From Alphaproteobacteria bacterium (GTDB taxonomy: Bacteria > Pseudomonadota > Alphaproteobacteria > SMXQ01), in the NCBI GenBank assembly GCA_009380075.1, contig WHSO01000001.1, positions 108,266-172,265 of the forward strand: a stretch of 64,000 nt of DNA, in the 5' to 3' direction. Below are positions 41,042 to 50,536 of the stretch, in pieces. Within the stretch, counting starts at the first letter, position 1; each line of letters begins with the position of its first letter. A model generated the notes under the pieces. The model saw only the letters and a program-made list of their open reading frames with translations, had not been told where the DNA came from and searched no databases. The position numbers and the translations under genes are program-made.

Positions 41042-42625
41042 CTACCGGGCGGCCGTCCCGGGCCCCGGGGAACTGGCCACGGAAGGGACCGACGCGCCCA
41101 CGGCGCGCGCATAGAGGCCCTTGTTGGCCATGACCACGGCGGCGATGGCGATGTCCTGGTCCGGCTTTTCGGCGACGCCCGGGCAGCGCGCGCGCATGGC
41201 GCGTGCGCTCTTCGCGTCGTAGCCCGAATGGGTCCGCCACGCGGTCAGCACGATGGCGCCGCGTAGCGCCTGCGCGTCGAGCGTTTCCCCCTTGCCTTCG
41301 GACAGGCGGCTGGTGCAGAAGTTGGGCATGACGCCGAGGTTTTCGAGCGCGTAGCCGGACGGCGCATGGAACCGCGACCAGGTCAGGATCAGTTCCCCGT
41401 CGTTAGGCAGGCGGGTGATGTTCTGGACCGTTCCCTTGCCGTAGGAATTCGATCCGACCACCACCGCGCGCCCCTGGTCCTGGAGCGCAGCGGCGACGAT
41501 TTCCGCCGCCGAAGCCGACTGCCCGTTGATCAGGACCACCAGCGGCAGGCCGTTGGCGAGGTCGCGGCCGCCGGCGTTGAACATCTGGAAACTGTCGGGG
41601 TGCCGCCCGCGGGTGGATACGATGCGCCCGCGGCCGAGAAAACTGTCGGCGACCGCCACGGCCTGGTCCAGCAGGCCGCCGGGGTTGCCGCGCATGTCGA
41701 GGATGATGCCGGTGATGCCGGGCATCTTCGGCGTGTTGATCTCGCCCAGCACGCGGTTGAGGTTGCGCGCCGTGCGCTGGTTGAATCCGGTCAGGCTGAT
41801 GACGGCAAGCGGGCCTTCCCGCTTGACGTGTACCGTCTGGGAAACGATGAGCGCGCGGCGCAGGGTTATCCTGACGGGCTCGGGGTGGCCCTTGCGCGAC
41901 ACCAGAAGCACCGCCTCGCTGCCGACGTCGCCGCGCAGGCGCCAGATGACGGCGTTGCGATCGAGACCCTCGAGGGGAACGCCGTCAACTTGCCTAAGAA
42001 CGTCACCTGCCTCGATCCGGTTCCGTTCCGCCGGCGTGTCGGGCAGGACGCTGATGACCTGGGGCAGGCCGTGTTCGAAATTGAGGCGGACGCCGATGCC
42101 TCCGAATCCCTCGCGCCGGGCGCGGTAATCCCGCGCCGAGCGCACCCCGGCATAGCGGGAGTGGCGATCGAGCTTCGACAGGGCGCGGTTGAGCACCGCC
42201 TTGTACAGATCCTCCGGGCTTGCCGTACGCAATGCGGCGGACCGTTCCCGACCCGCGTCGATGGCCTGGCTGGTCAGGCGGGCCCATCCCGTGAAGTCGT
42301 CGTTCGCCGGGGGCGGCAGACGGGCCAGCGCCGTGCCGCCGTGGGTGACCAGCACGGCACCGTCGTTCATCGCGGCGTGGAAGTCCGCGTCCAGCTCGGC
42401 GAGGCCGCCCATGCCCGCGACGACGAAGCTGGATGGTTCCAGCGGCTCGATATATTTGTTGACGACGTTTTCGTAAGCCCTGGCGAAAATGCGGCTCGCG
42501 GTATCGGTCTCGTAACCGACGTTCGAGGCCGGACCGCCCGTCGCGCACGCGGCCCCGATCAGCGCGACGGCAACCGCGGCCCGTCGGATGTTCCGTAGGA
42601 TCCGGTCTCCGTACCGCGTGGTCAT
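41042..42625 (-). CDS. ctpA: S41-family carboxy-terminal processing peptidase
   Basis: PDZ domain (…GIGVRLNFEHGLPQVISVLPDTPAERNRIEAGDVL…) and the S41 catalytic region …GQSASAAEIVAAALQDQGRAVVVGSNSYGKGTVQ…. The start is at the internal ATG MTTRYG. Confidence 0.85.
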   Translation of the reverse strand: MTTRYGDRILRNIRRAAVAVALIGAACATGGPASNVGYETDTASRIFARAYENVVNKYIEPLEPSSFVVAGMGGLAELDADFHAAMNDGAVLVTHGGTALARLPPPANDDFTGWARLTSQAIDAGRERSAALRTASPEDLYKAVLNRALSKLDRHSRYAGVRSARDYRARREGFGGIGVRLNFEHGLPQVISVLPDTPAERNRIEAGDVLRQVDGVPLEGLDRNAVIWRLRGDVGSEAVLLVSRKGHPEPVRITLRRALIVSQTVHVKREGPLAVISLTGFNQRTARNLNRVLGEINTPKMPGITGIILDMRGNPGGLLDQAVAVADSFLGRGRIVSTRGRHPDSFQMFNAGGRDLANGLPLVVLINGQSASAAEIVAAALQDQGRAVVVGSNSYGKGTVQNITRLPNDGELILTWSRFHAPSGYALENLGVMPNFCTSRLSEGKGETLDAQALRGAIVLTAWRTHSGYDAKSARAMRARCPGVAEKPDQDIAIAAVVMANKGLYARAVGASVPSVASSPGPGTAAR

Positions 42626-42626
42626 G

Positions 42627-43013
42627 TCAATCGTTCCGGCGCACGCCGAGCGCCCATTGCAGGCCGACCAGCGCACCTTTGACCCGCGGCAGTATGGCGA
42701 GCGACAGCGCGAGGGTCAGCGGCATCCACAGTGCCATGTGAACCCAGTCGGCGGGCGAATAAAGCTGTTCGGTCACCAGCATCAGCGGAACCACGATATG
42801 GCCCACGATCAGGATGGTGAAATACATGGGCGCGTCATCCGCGCGGTGCGGCTCGAGCGCCGTCGCACAGGTCCCGCACGACGGCCCGAGCCGTGCGTAG
42901 CCCGTGAACATGCGGCCCTTGCCGCACGCCGGGCAGGCGCCGCGCAAACCGCGCAGCAGCGACGGCAGCCACGGGGCGGGGCGGGGGGTATCCGTTGCAG
43001 GATCGAACGACAT
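42627..43013 (-). CDS. DUF983-family membrane protein (zinc-ribbon plus 2 TM)
   Basis: MSFDPATDTPRPAPWLPSLLRGLRGACPACGKGRMFTGYARLGPSCGTCA… has a CxxC...CxxC motif followed by two hydrophobic helices. Confidence 0.6.
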   Translation of the reverse strand: MSFDPATDTPRPAPWLPSLLRGLRGACPACGKGRMFTGYARLGPSCGTCATALEPHRADDAPMYFTILIVGHIVVPLMLVTEQLYSPADWVHMALWMPLTLALSLAILPRVKGALVGLQWALGVRRND

Positions 43014-43244
43014 GTGAACTCTCAATCGCGATAGCCCAACGCCTAGAGCACTTTTCCCGCGGGCTGAATCACTTTTCGGGCTCGTCATCGCCCTCCCCCG
43101 ATCACGTCGGGGGATCTCCGGGCGATCCAGCAAGTGGATGCCCCGCCTGCGCGGGGCATGACGTTTCAACGTTACGGCAACATATCCCAACATCGACCAT
43201 CGGCGGTGCATTTTAAAGAAATCTCTACCATAAAAACGGCGATT

Positions 43245-45506
43245 TCAGTGCTTCCGGCGGCGTTTACCATGCTGTCCCGCACGGGCGGCCGGTTGCCGCC
43301 GGGACCGGCCACGATCCGCCCGTCCGTTGCCCTGTGCCGGGCGGGCGAGCGGCCAGTGGCGGGTGATCGCCAGGACCAGGCCGCCGGTCAGCGGGGTGGC
43401 CTCGCGGATGTCGACCTCGACCTCGTCGCCCAGCGAAAACGTGCGGCCCGAGACCTGGCCCTCGATGCAGTGGCGGCGCTCGTCATGGCGGAACCGCTCG
43501 TCGCCGAGCAGACCCATGGGCACCAGACCGTCGGCGCCGAGGCCCTTGAGGCGCACGAACAGGCCGAAGCGCGTCACCCCGGTGATGCGTCCCTTCATGC
43601 GCGTGCCCGTGCGCTCGGACAGGTAAAGTGCCATGTAACGATCCACCGCCTCGCGTTCCGCGGCCTGCGCCTTGCGTTCGGTGGTGGAGATATGCAGGCC
43701 GACCTCGTCGTAATCGACATCCGCGTCGCGTCCCATGCCGCCCGGGCCGAGCTGCCAGGCGGCGATCAGCGCGCGATGCACCATCAGGTCGGCGTAGCGC
43801 CGGATGGGCGAGGTAAAGTGCGCATAGCGCCTGAGCGCGAGACCGAAATGGCCAAAGTTTCGCGGGCCGTAGGCGGCCTGGGACTGCGCCCGCAGGATGG
43901 CCTCGTGAATTACGTCGGTCGAGGGGCCTGCGGACGCCCGTGACAGGATATCGGCGAACTGCCCGGCGCGGGTCACCTGGCCGCGCGGCAGGGACAGGCC
44001 GAAGGTATCGAGGAAGTCCCGCAGGGCTTCGAGCTTGGCGGCGTCCGGCGGCGGATGCACGCGGTACATGCAGGGCGCGCGTTTGGCTTCCAGCGCCTCG
44101 GCCGCGGCGACGTTGGCGGCGATCATGAATTCTTCGATCAGCCGGTGCGAGTCGAGCCGCGTGCGCAGGCCGATGTCGGTGACCTTGCCGTTGTCGATCG
44201 TCACCTTGTATTCGGGCAGCTCGAGCTCCAGCGTGCCGCGCCGCCGTCGCGCCTTCTCAAGGCAGGCGAAGGCCGCATACAGGTTTTCGACCGCCGCCGG
44301 CGCCAGTCCGTCGGGCAGGGCATCGGTATCGCCGTCGCGGGCGCGCTGGACGCGGCGGTACGTAAGGCGCGCGGAGGAGCGCATCAGCGCGCGCGAGAAA
44401 CGATGGTCGAGGATATTGCCGTCGGCGTCGATCCGCATATGACACGCGAGGACCGCGCGGTCTTCGTGCGGGCGCAGCGAACACAGGCCGTTGGACAGCG
44501 CCTCCGGCAGCATCGGGACGACACGGTCGGGCAGGTAGACGGAATTGCCGCGCCGTTCCGCCGCGCGGTCGAGCGCGCTGCCCGGACGGACGTACCAGGC
44601 GACATCGGCGATGGCGACGATGATGCGGTGGCCGCCGGCGGTGCCCGGCGCGTCGTCGGGTTCGGCAAACACGGCGTCGTCGAAGTCCCGCGCGTCTTCG
44701 TCGTCGATGGTCACCAGCGCGACCTCGCGCAGATCCTCGCGGCCCTCGAGGGTCGGCGGACGGGCGCCGGCCGCTTCGTCCAGGGCCGCCGGCGGAAAGG
44801 CGATGGGAACGTCGTTGGAATGGAGCGCGATCAGGCCGATGGCGCCGGGGCTGTCGAGCTTGCCGACACGCTCGATCACCTCGACCATGCGCAGGCTGCC
44901 GGAGCGTTGGGGCAGCACCCGGGCGCGCACCAGGTCGCCCGGTTCGGCGCCCCTGTCGTGGCGCGCTTCGACGCCGTAGTCGTATTTCGCGCGCCGGTCG
45001 GTGGGCCGGATGCGCCCGCGGCCGCCTTCGCGCTCGAAGACGCCGATGATCTCCACCGGCGCGGTGCCGAGGCGGCGCATCACGGTCGCGTCGTATCCGC
45101 CATCCGCATCGGGGGTGATCCGCGCGAGGATGCGTTCGCCGGTGGCGAGTGCGTGCGGCTGGCCGCGCAGCGGCGCGACGTAGATGACGGGCGCCGGCTT
45201 GTCCGCGGGCCAGTGGACCGGCCGCGCAAGAAGCTCGCCGTCGGAGTCGGGGCCGGTCACCTCCAGCACGCCGACCTTGGGCAGGCTTTCGTCGGAGAAA
45301 TACTTTCGCCGTCCGCCGTCGGCGATCAACCCCTCCGCCGCGGCGTCGCGCAGCGTGGCCCGCAGCGCGCTGCGGTCCTTGCCCTTGACGTTGAAGTGGC
45401 GCGCGAGGTCGGAAACCGTGACCCGTTCCGTGCGGCTGCGGATATAGGCAAGGATATCGTCGCGGGTCGGGGTCCCCGGGGGGCTGGCGGCGGACTTCCG
45501 GGCCAA
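43245..45506 (-). CDS. rnr: Ribonuclease R
   Basis: 753 aa with an RNB catalytic domain (…VYLPDRVVPMLPEALSNGLCSL…), a C-terminal S1 domain and a basic tail. It lies downstream of topA with a 10-nt gap. Confidence 0.9.
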   Translation of the reverse strand: MARKSAASPPGTPTRDDILAYIRSRTERVTVSDLARHFNVKGKDRSALRATLRDAAAEGLIADGGRRKYFSDESLPKVGVLEVTGPDSDGELLARPVHWPADKPAPVIYVAPLRGQPHALATGERILARITPDADGGYDATVMRRLGTAPVEIIGVFEREGGRGRIRPTDRRAKYDYGVEARHDRGAEPGDLVRARVLPQRSGSLRMVEVIERVGKLDSPGAIGLIALHSNDVPIAFPPAALDEAAGARPPTLEGREDLREVALVTIDDEDARDFDDAVFAEPDDAPGTAGGHRIIVAIADVAWYVRPGSALDRAAERRGNSVYLPDRVVPMLPEALSNGLCSLRPHEDRAVLACHMRIDADGNILDHRFSRALMRSSARLTYRRVQRARDGDTDALPDGLAPAAVENLYAAFACLEKARRRRGTLELELPEYKVTIDNGKVTDIGLRTRLDSHRLIEEFMIAANVAAAEALEAKRAPCMYRVHPPPDAAKLEALRDFLDTFGLSLPRGQVTRAGQFADILSRASAGPSTDVIHEAILRAQSQAAYGPRNFGHFGLALRRYAHFTSPIRRYADLMVHRALIAAWQLGPGGMGRDADVDYDEVGLHISTTERKAQAAEREAVDRYMALYLSERTGTRMKGRITGVTRFGLFVRLKGLGADGLVPMGLLGDERFRHDERRHCIEGQVSGRTFSLGDEVEVDIREATPLTGGLVLAITRHWPLARPAQGNGRADRGRSRRQPAARAGQHGKRRRKH

Positions 45507-45516
45507 GGGTAAGGCC

Positions 45517-48186
45517 TCAGGCGTCCGACGCGGCGTCGGCGGGTTCGGTCTTGCGGTCGGCGGCCTTGCGGCCGGTCGTTTTCTTCGCCGCGCCCTTCTT
45601 CTTCGATTTCCTGGCGGCGGGAGCCTTCTTCGGGGCGGGGGTCTCGCCGCCGTTCGCCGCGCGGGCCGCGATCAGCGCGACCGCATCGTCGAGGGAAATC
45701 GCGTCGGCATCCCGGTCGCGGGGCACGGTGGCATTGACGCGGCCATGCTTGACGTAGGGTCCGTAGCGTCCCGAATGAAGCGTGACCGGCTTGCCGTCGT
45801 CGGGATGCTTGCCGATCTCCTTGCCGGCGGAGCGGCCGGGTCCCCGCGCCTTGGCGTTGGCGAGGAGATCCACGGCACGGTTGAGGCCGACGGTAAGGAC
45901 GTTTTCATCGGCGGGAATGGACGCGTATTTCTTGTCGTGCTCGACATAGGGGCCAAACCGGCCGATGCCGGCGGAGATGGGGTTGCCGGTGTCGGGATGC
46001 TTGCCGACCTCGCGCGGCAGCGCGAGCAGCCCGCAGGCCACGTCGAGCGTCACGTCGGTCGGCGACACGTCCTTCGGCAGCGAGACGCGCTTGGGCTTTT
46101 CCTGCTTGGGCGCTGCCTCGCCGAGCTGGATATAGGGGCCATAGGGACCCTTGCGCACGGTCACGGGCAGGCCGCTCGCCGGATCGGTGCCGAGTTCGAT
46201 GGGGCCGAGCGCGAGCGCCGTTTCGGCCGCGTCATCGTCGCCCGCGACCGCGAGCTTCTTGGTGAACCGGCATTCGGGATAGTTGGAGCAGCCGACGAAG
46301 GCGCCGAACTTGCCGAGCTTGAGGCCGAGCCGCCCGGTACCGCAGCCGGGACACCGGCGCGGGTCCGAGCTGTCGGCGCTGGGCGGGAAGAAATGCGGGC
46401 CCAGATCCTCGTCCAGCGCGTCGATCACGTTGGTGATGGTCAGTTCCTTGGTTTCCTCCACCGCTTTGGCGAAGTCGCGCCAGAAATCGACGAGGAGCTT
46501 CTTCCACTGGGCGCGGCCCATGGCAATGTCGTCGAGCAGGTTCTCGAGCTCGGCCGTGAACTCGTATTCGACGTAGTGCCGGAAATAGTTGGCGAGGAAC
46601 GCCGTGACCACCCGGCCGCGGTCCTCGGGAACGAAGCGCTTGCTGTCGAGCCGGACGTAATCGCGCTCCTGCAGGACCGAGAGGATCGAGGCATAGGTCG
46701 AGGGACGGCCGATGCCGAGCTCCTCCAGCTTCTTGACCAGGGACGCTTCGGTGTAGCGCGGCGGCGGCTGCGTGAAATGCTGTTCCGGCGTTACCGGGCC
46801 GAGGTCGAGACGGTCCCCCTCCTTGACCGGGGGAAGCGCGCGGCCTTCGTCGTCGCCGTCGGGGCCGGCGTCGTCGCGCCCTTCCTGGTAGAGCTTGAAG
46901 AAGCCGGGAAAGGCGATGACCGAACCGGTGGCGCGAAGCTGGGTGCCGGTGCCGTCGGCGACGTCGACGCCGACCTGGTCAAGACGCGCGCTGGCCATCT
47001 GGCTCGCGATGGCGCGCTTCCAGATCAGCTCGTAGAGGCGGAACTGCTCGTCCTCCAGGTGGCGCCGGATGTCGTCGGGCCGGCGCCGCATGTCGGTGGG
47101 GCGGACCGCCTCGTGCGCCTCCTGGGCGTTGCGGGCGGAGGAGCGGTAGCGGTGGGGCTGCGCCGGCAGGTAACTGGCGCCGAAGTCCGATTCGATCAGG
47201 CTGCGGGCGGCACCGACCGCTTCGTTGGCGAGGTTGACCGAATCGGTCCGCATGTAGGTGATCAGCCCGACCGTGTCGCCGCCGATGTCGACGCCTTCGT
47301 AAAGGCGCTGCGCCACCTGCATGGTGCGCCGGGCGGAGAAGCCGAGCTTGCGCGAGGCCTCCTGCTGCAGGGTCGAGGTAATGAAGGGCGGCGGCGGGTT
47401 GCGGCGGGTTTCCTTGCGCTCGACTGTGGCGACGGAAAAGCGGCCGCGGCCGGCTTCGATGGCGGATGCCGCCTGCCGGGCGGCGGTCTCGTCGGCGAGA
47501 TCGTATTTGCCGAGCTTCCGGTCCGGGAGGTGGGTGAGATGGGCGGTGAAGCCGGCGCCCGCGGTGTCGCCCGTGGCGGCCGTCGTGAAGGCCGCATCCA
47601 CGGTCCAGTATTCGCGCGGCCGGAAGACCTCGATCTCGGATTCGCGTTCGCAGATCAGGCGGAGCGCCACCGACTGCACCCGGCCCGCCGAACGCGCGCC
47701 CGGCAGCTTGCGCCACAGCACCGGCGACAGGGTAAAGCCGACGAGGTAGTCGAGCGCGCGCCGCGCCAGATAGGCCTCCACCAGCGGCTGGTCGATATCC
47801 CGGGGATGGGCGATGGCGTCGAGCACGGCCGACTTGGTGATCTCGTTGAAGACGACCCGCTTGACCTTGACGCCCTTGAGGGCGCCCCGGGCGCGCAGCA
47901 CCTCCAGCACGTGCCAGGAGATGGCCTCGCCCTCACGGTCGGGGTCGGTCGCCAGCACCAGGGTATCGGCGCCCTTGAGCGCCTGGGCGATGGCGTCCAG
48001 CCGGGCGCCGGCCTTGGGCTGGAGTGCCCAGCTCATGGCGAAATCCTCATCCGGACGCACCGAGCCGTCCTTGGCGGGCAGGTCCCGGACATGGCCATAG
48101 GAGGCCAGAACCTTGAAGTCCGACCCAAGGTAACGGTTGATGGTCTTGGCTTTGGCCGGAGATTCGACGACGACGACGTTCATCAT
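45517..48186 (-). CDS. topA: DNA topoisomerase I
   Basis: MMNVVVVESPAKAKTINRYLG is the TOPRIM start. There are multiple C-terminal zinc-ribbon repeats (CPGCG…, CSNYPECRF) and a Lys-rich tail. The plus-strand ORF 45745..48198 is its shadow. Confidence 0.95.
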   Translation of the reverse strand: MMNVVVVESPAKAKTINRYLGSDFKVLASYGHVRDLPAKDGSVRPDEDFAMSWALQPKAGARLDAIAQALKGADTLVLATDPDREGEAISWHVLEVLRARGALKGVKVKRVVFNEITKSAVLDAIAHPRDIDQPLVEAYLARRALDYLVGFTLSPVLWRKLPGARSAGRVQSVALRLICERESEIEVFRPREYWTVDAAFTTAATGDTAGAGFTAHLTHLPDRKLGKYDLADETAARQAASAIEAGRGRFSVATVERKETRRNPPPPFITSTLQQEASRKLGFSARRTMQVAQRLYEGVDIGGDTVGLITYMRTDSVNLANEAVGAARSLIESDFGASYLPAQPHRYRSSARNAQEAHEAVRPTDMRRRPDDIRRHLEDEQFRLYELIWKRAIASQMASARLDQVGVDVADGTGTQLRATGSVIAFPGFFKLYQEGRDDAGPDGDDEGRALPPVKEGDRLDLGPVTPEQHFTQPPPRYTEASLVKKLEELGIGRPSTYASILSVLQERDYVRLDSKRFVPEDRGRVVTAFLANYFRHYVEYEFTAELENLLDDIAMGRAQWKKLLVDFWRDFAKAVEETKELTITNVIDALDEDLGPHFFPPSADSSDPRRCPGCGTGRLGLKLGKFGAFVGCSNYPECRFTKKLAVAGDDDAAETALALGPIELGTDPASGLPVTVRKGPYGPYIQLGEAAPKQEKPKRVSLPKDVSPTDVTLDVACGLLALPREVGKHPDTGNPISAGIGRFGPYVEHDKKYASIPADENVLTVGLNRAVDLLANAKARGPGRSAGKEIGKHPDDGKPVTLHSGRYGPYVKHGRVNATVPRDRDADAISLDDAVALIAARAANGGETPAPKKAPAARKSKKKGAAKKTTGRKAADRKTEPADAASDA

Positions 48187-48316
48187 CCACTCTACTGATT
48201 ACCATCCGAAGGGCGGCGGGCACCCAGGAACGGCGCGGGAAAGGCCCTGTAAATAGGCCTTCCTATGCGTAAATTAAAGGTTACCGCCGGGCCACAGGGG
48301 CCGTTAGATGGGGGAT

Positions 48317-49447
48317 TCACTCTTGGAAAGCAAGGGAAACTTGCCCTCCCGGGTGGCGCTGGAGCCGCCCGGCCAGCTCCAGCTCGAGCAGGACGAGGGC
48401 GATCTCACGGGCGGCTAAGCCGCTCTGGCGCACGATTTCGTCGATGCCGGCCGGTGCGGTGCCGAGCAGGTTTGAAATAATCTTGCGTACATGATCGGGT
48501 GCCTCGACCGGTTCCGCGAACCCGGCGGCGGACGGGGTCGGTCCCGCCTCTTCCGGCCGGGCGGCCGGGCGCGCCATGAGCCCGCCCAGGGCCTCGATCA
48601 CGTCGTCGGCGCCCTGGACCAGGGTGGCACCGTCGCGGATCAGGCCGTTGGTGCCGCGCGCCCGGGGATCGAGCGGGCTGCCCGGCACCGCCAGCACCTC
48701 GCGTCCCTGTTCGCCGGCGAGCCGCGCGGTGATCAGCGAGCCCGAGCGCAACGTCGCCTCGACCACCACCACCGCCTGCGCCAGGCCGGAAACGATGCGG
48801 TTGCGGTGGGGGAAGTGGCGGGCCGTGGGTTGCTGGCCCCAGGGCATTTCCGACAACACCGTGCCCGTGGCGGCGATGTCGCGGTAGAGCCGCTCGTTGT
48901 CGCGCGGGTAGACGACGTCGACGCCGCCGGCCATGACGGCGATGGTCCCGGTTGCCAGGGCGCCGCGATGGGCGGCGGCGTCGAGGCCGCGGGCGAGGCC
49001 GGAGGCGACGACGAACCCGGCCCGGCCGAGGTCGCGCGCCATCGCCTCGGCGAAACGGACGCCGTTGGCGGAGGCATTGCGGGCACCGACAATGGCGATG
49101 GTCCCGCGCGCCAGGAGTTCAGGCCGGCCGAGAACCGACAGGACCGCCGGGGCGTCGGGCAGGGCGGCCAGAGGCGCCGGATAGTCCGCCTCGCCGAGGA
49201 CGACGAGACGCCCGCCGGCGCGGGCCAGCGTGTCCACCTCCCGTTCGGCGGCGGTGCGCGGACAGACGCGGATGCCGCGGCGCAGGCCACCGAGGCGGGC
49301 GAGATCGGGCAAGGCATCGAGGGCGCTGCCGGCCGAGCCGAAGCGCGCGAGAAGCTGGCGGAAGGAGACCGGGCCGACGTGTTCCGATCGGATCAGGCGC
49401 AGCCGGTCGAGCCGTTCCGCATCGGTGATCGGATGTGCCTCGGCCAT
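48317..49447 (-). CDS. dprA: DNA-processing protein DprA (Smf)
   Basis: Rossmann-like DprA core (…TIAIVGARNASANGVRFAEAMARDLGRAGFVVASGLARGLDAAAHRGAL…) with a C-terminal winged-helix region. The start is at ATG 49447 (MAEAHPITDAER…). Confidence 0.85.
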   Translation of the reverse strand: MAEAHPITDAERLDRLRLIRSEHVGPVSFRQLLARFGSAGSALDALPDLARLGGLRRGIRVCPRTAAEREVDTLARAGGRLVVLGEADYPAPLAALPDAPAVLSVLGRPELLARGTIAIVGARNASANGVRFAEAMARDLGRAGFVVASGLARGLDAAAHRGALATGTIAVMAGGVDVVYPRDNERLYRDIAATGTVLSEMPWGQQPTARHFPHRNRIVSGLAQAVVVVEATLRSGSLITARLAGEQGREVLAVPGSPLDPRARGTNGLIRDGATLVQGADDVIEALGGLMARPAARPEEAGPTPSAAGFAEPVEAPDHVRKIISNLLGTAPAGIDEIVRQSGLAAREIALVLLELELAGRLQRHPGGQVSLAFQE

Positions 49448-49539
49448 GGCCGCAGCCTGCGGCAGCGTGCCCGCCCCGCATATATCCCCTTTACCTATGT
49501 AGCCTGACATGCCATATTAAGTCCATAGGAGGGCTGGAT

Positions 49540-50412
49540 ATGGCCAAGGCGATGACGATTTCTCAATTCTTTCAACGGTTTCCAGACGACGATGCGTGTC
49601 TTGATCACCTGATGAACGTCCGCTATGGCATGGAGGGCGATTGCCCCAAGTGCGGCAAGCACACGAACTGGTCCCGTATCCGCAAGGAGCCTGCCTACCA
49701 GTGCCAGTGGTGCGGCCATCATATTCATCCGATGGCCGGGACCCCCTTCCAGAACACCCGTACGCCGCTCCAGAAGTGGTTCTATGCCATGTTCATGTTC
49801 ACCACGACCCGGAACGGCGTGGCAGCCAAGGAATTGCAGAGGCAGCTTGGAGTGACCTACAAGTGCGCTTGGAGGATGGGCCACGAAATCCGCAAGTATC
49901 TCGCCTACGTTGACGGGGATGCCCCCTTGGGCGGTTCCGGGATCGTGGAAGCGGACAAGGCGTGGATCGGCGGCGTGGCCCCCAAGGAACGGCCCTACGA
50001 AAACAAGTCCATCGTCCTCGGCATGGTCGAACGTGGCGGCGAAGTGATTACCCGGATCGTCAATTCCCGCGCGATGGAAGTCGTCGTTCCCCACGTCCTC
50101 GAAAACGTCAAACCCGGCACCCGCGTCTATACCGATGAGTCCACCACGTTCATGCGCTTGAACGAGGAAGGCTACCGGCACGACTTCATTACCCATGCCG
50201 CCAAGGAATACGTTCGCGGTCCCGTTCATACCAACACCATCGAAGGCTTCTGGGCTGCCCTGAAACGCGGCATCAACGGGACGCACGTATGGGTTTCCAA
50301 GCAGCACCTGGACAAGTATCTCGGTGAGTTTGAATTCCGGTTCAATCTTCGGAAGTCCCCTCACTTGATGTTTGATCTTTTGCTGGCGGCTTTCCCGAGG
50401 CCATCCCGGTAA
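49540..50412 (+). CDS. IS1595-family transposase (N-terminal zinc finger plus DDE domain)
   Basis: RBS AGGAGGG 7 nt upstream of the ATG. Product begins MAKAMTISQFFQRFPDDDACLDHLMNVRYGMEGDCPKCGKHTNWSRIRKEPAYQCQWCGHH… and contains WKRAIN-type DDE core regions (…YTDESTTF…, …HTNTIEGFWAALKRGINGTH…). Confidence 0.85.
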   Translation: MAKAMTISQFFQRFPDDDACLDHLMNVRYGMEGDCPKCGKHTNWSRIRKEPAYQCQWCGHHIHPMAGTPFQNTRTPLQKWFYAMFMFTTTRNGVAAKELQRQLGVTYKCAWRMGHEIRKYLAYVDGDAPLGGSGIVEADKAWIGGVAPKERPYENKSIVLGMVERGGEVITRIVNSRAMEVVVPHVLENVKPGTRVYTDESTTFMRLNEEGYRHDFITHAAKEYVRGPVHTNTIEGFWAALKRGINGTHVWVSKQHLDKYLGEFEFRFNLRKSPHLMFDLLLAAFPRPSR

Positions 50413-50536
50413 GCAGTTTGTCGAAGCGGCGCGTTTCGGTTTTCGCCGGATGCTCCTTCGCAAACTCTTTCAGCTTCCCGAGCTTGCGGGCTTCTTCAAG
50501 GGAGAGGTATTTACCTTGCGCCATTTTGTGACTCAC
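50342..50536 (-). CDS. Hypothetical 64-aa passenger protein. Its 3' 71 nt are antisense to the transposase 3' end.
   Basis: MSHKMAQGKYLSLEEARKLGKLKEFAKEHPAKTETRRFDKLL… is a helical-looking N-terminal part and a low-complexity C-terminus. Its start overlaps the stop of the upstream 197-aa gene by 26 nt on the same strand. Only the first ~40 codons lie outside the transposase. Confidence 0.35.
   Translation of the reverse strand: MSHKMAQGKYLSLEEARKLGKLKEFAKEHPAKTETRRFDKLLTGMASGKPPAKDQTSSEGTSED

Noticed and set aside
44055-45512. 485-aa plus-strand ORF
   Set aside because: It is antisense to rnr, which has clear RNB/S1 motifs on the minus strand.
45745-48198. 817-aa plus-strand ORF
   Set aside because: It is antisense to topA. 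The translation is Gly/Ala/Arg-rich low-complexity with no recognisable domains.
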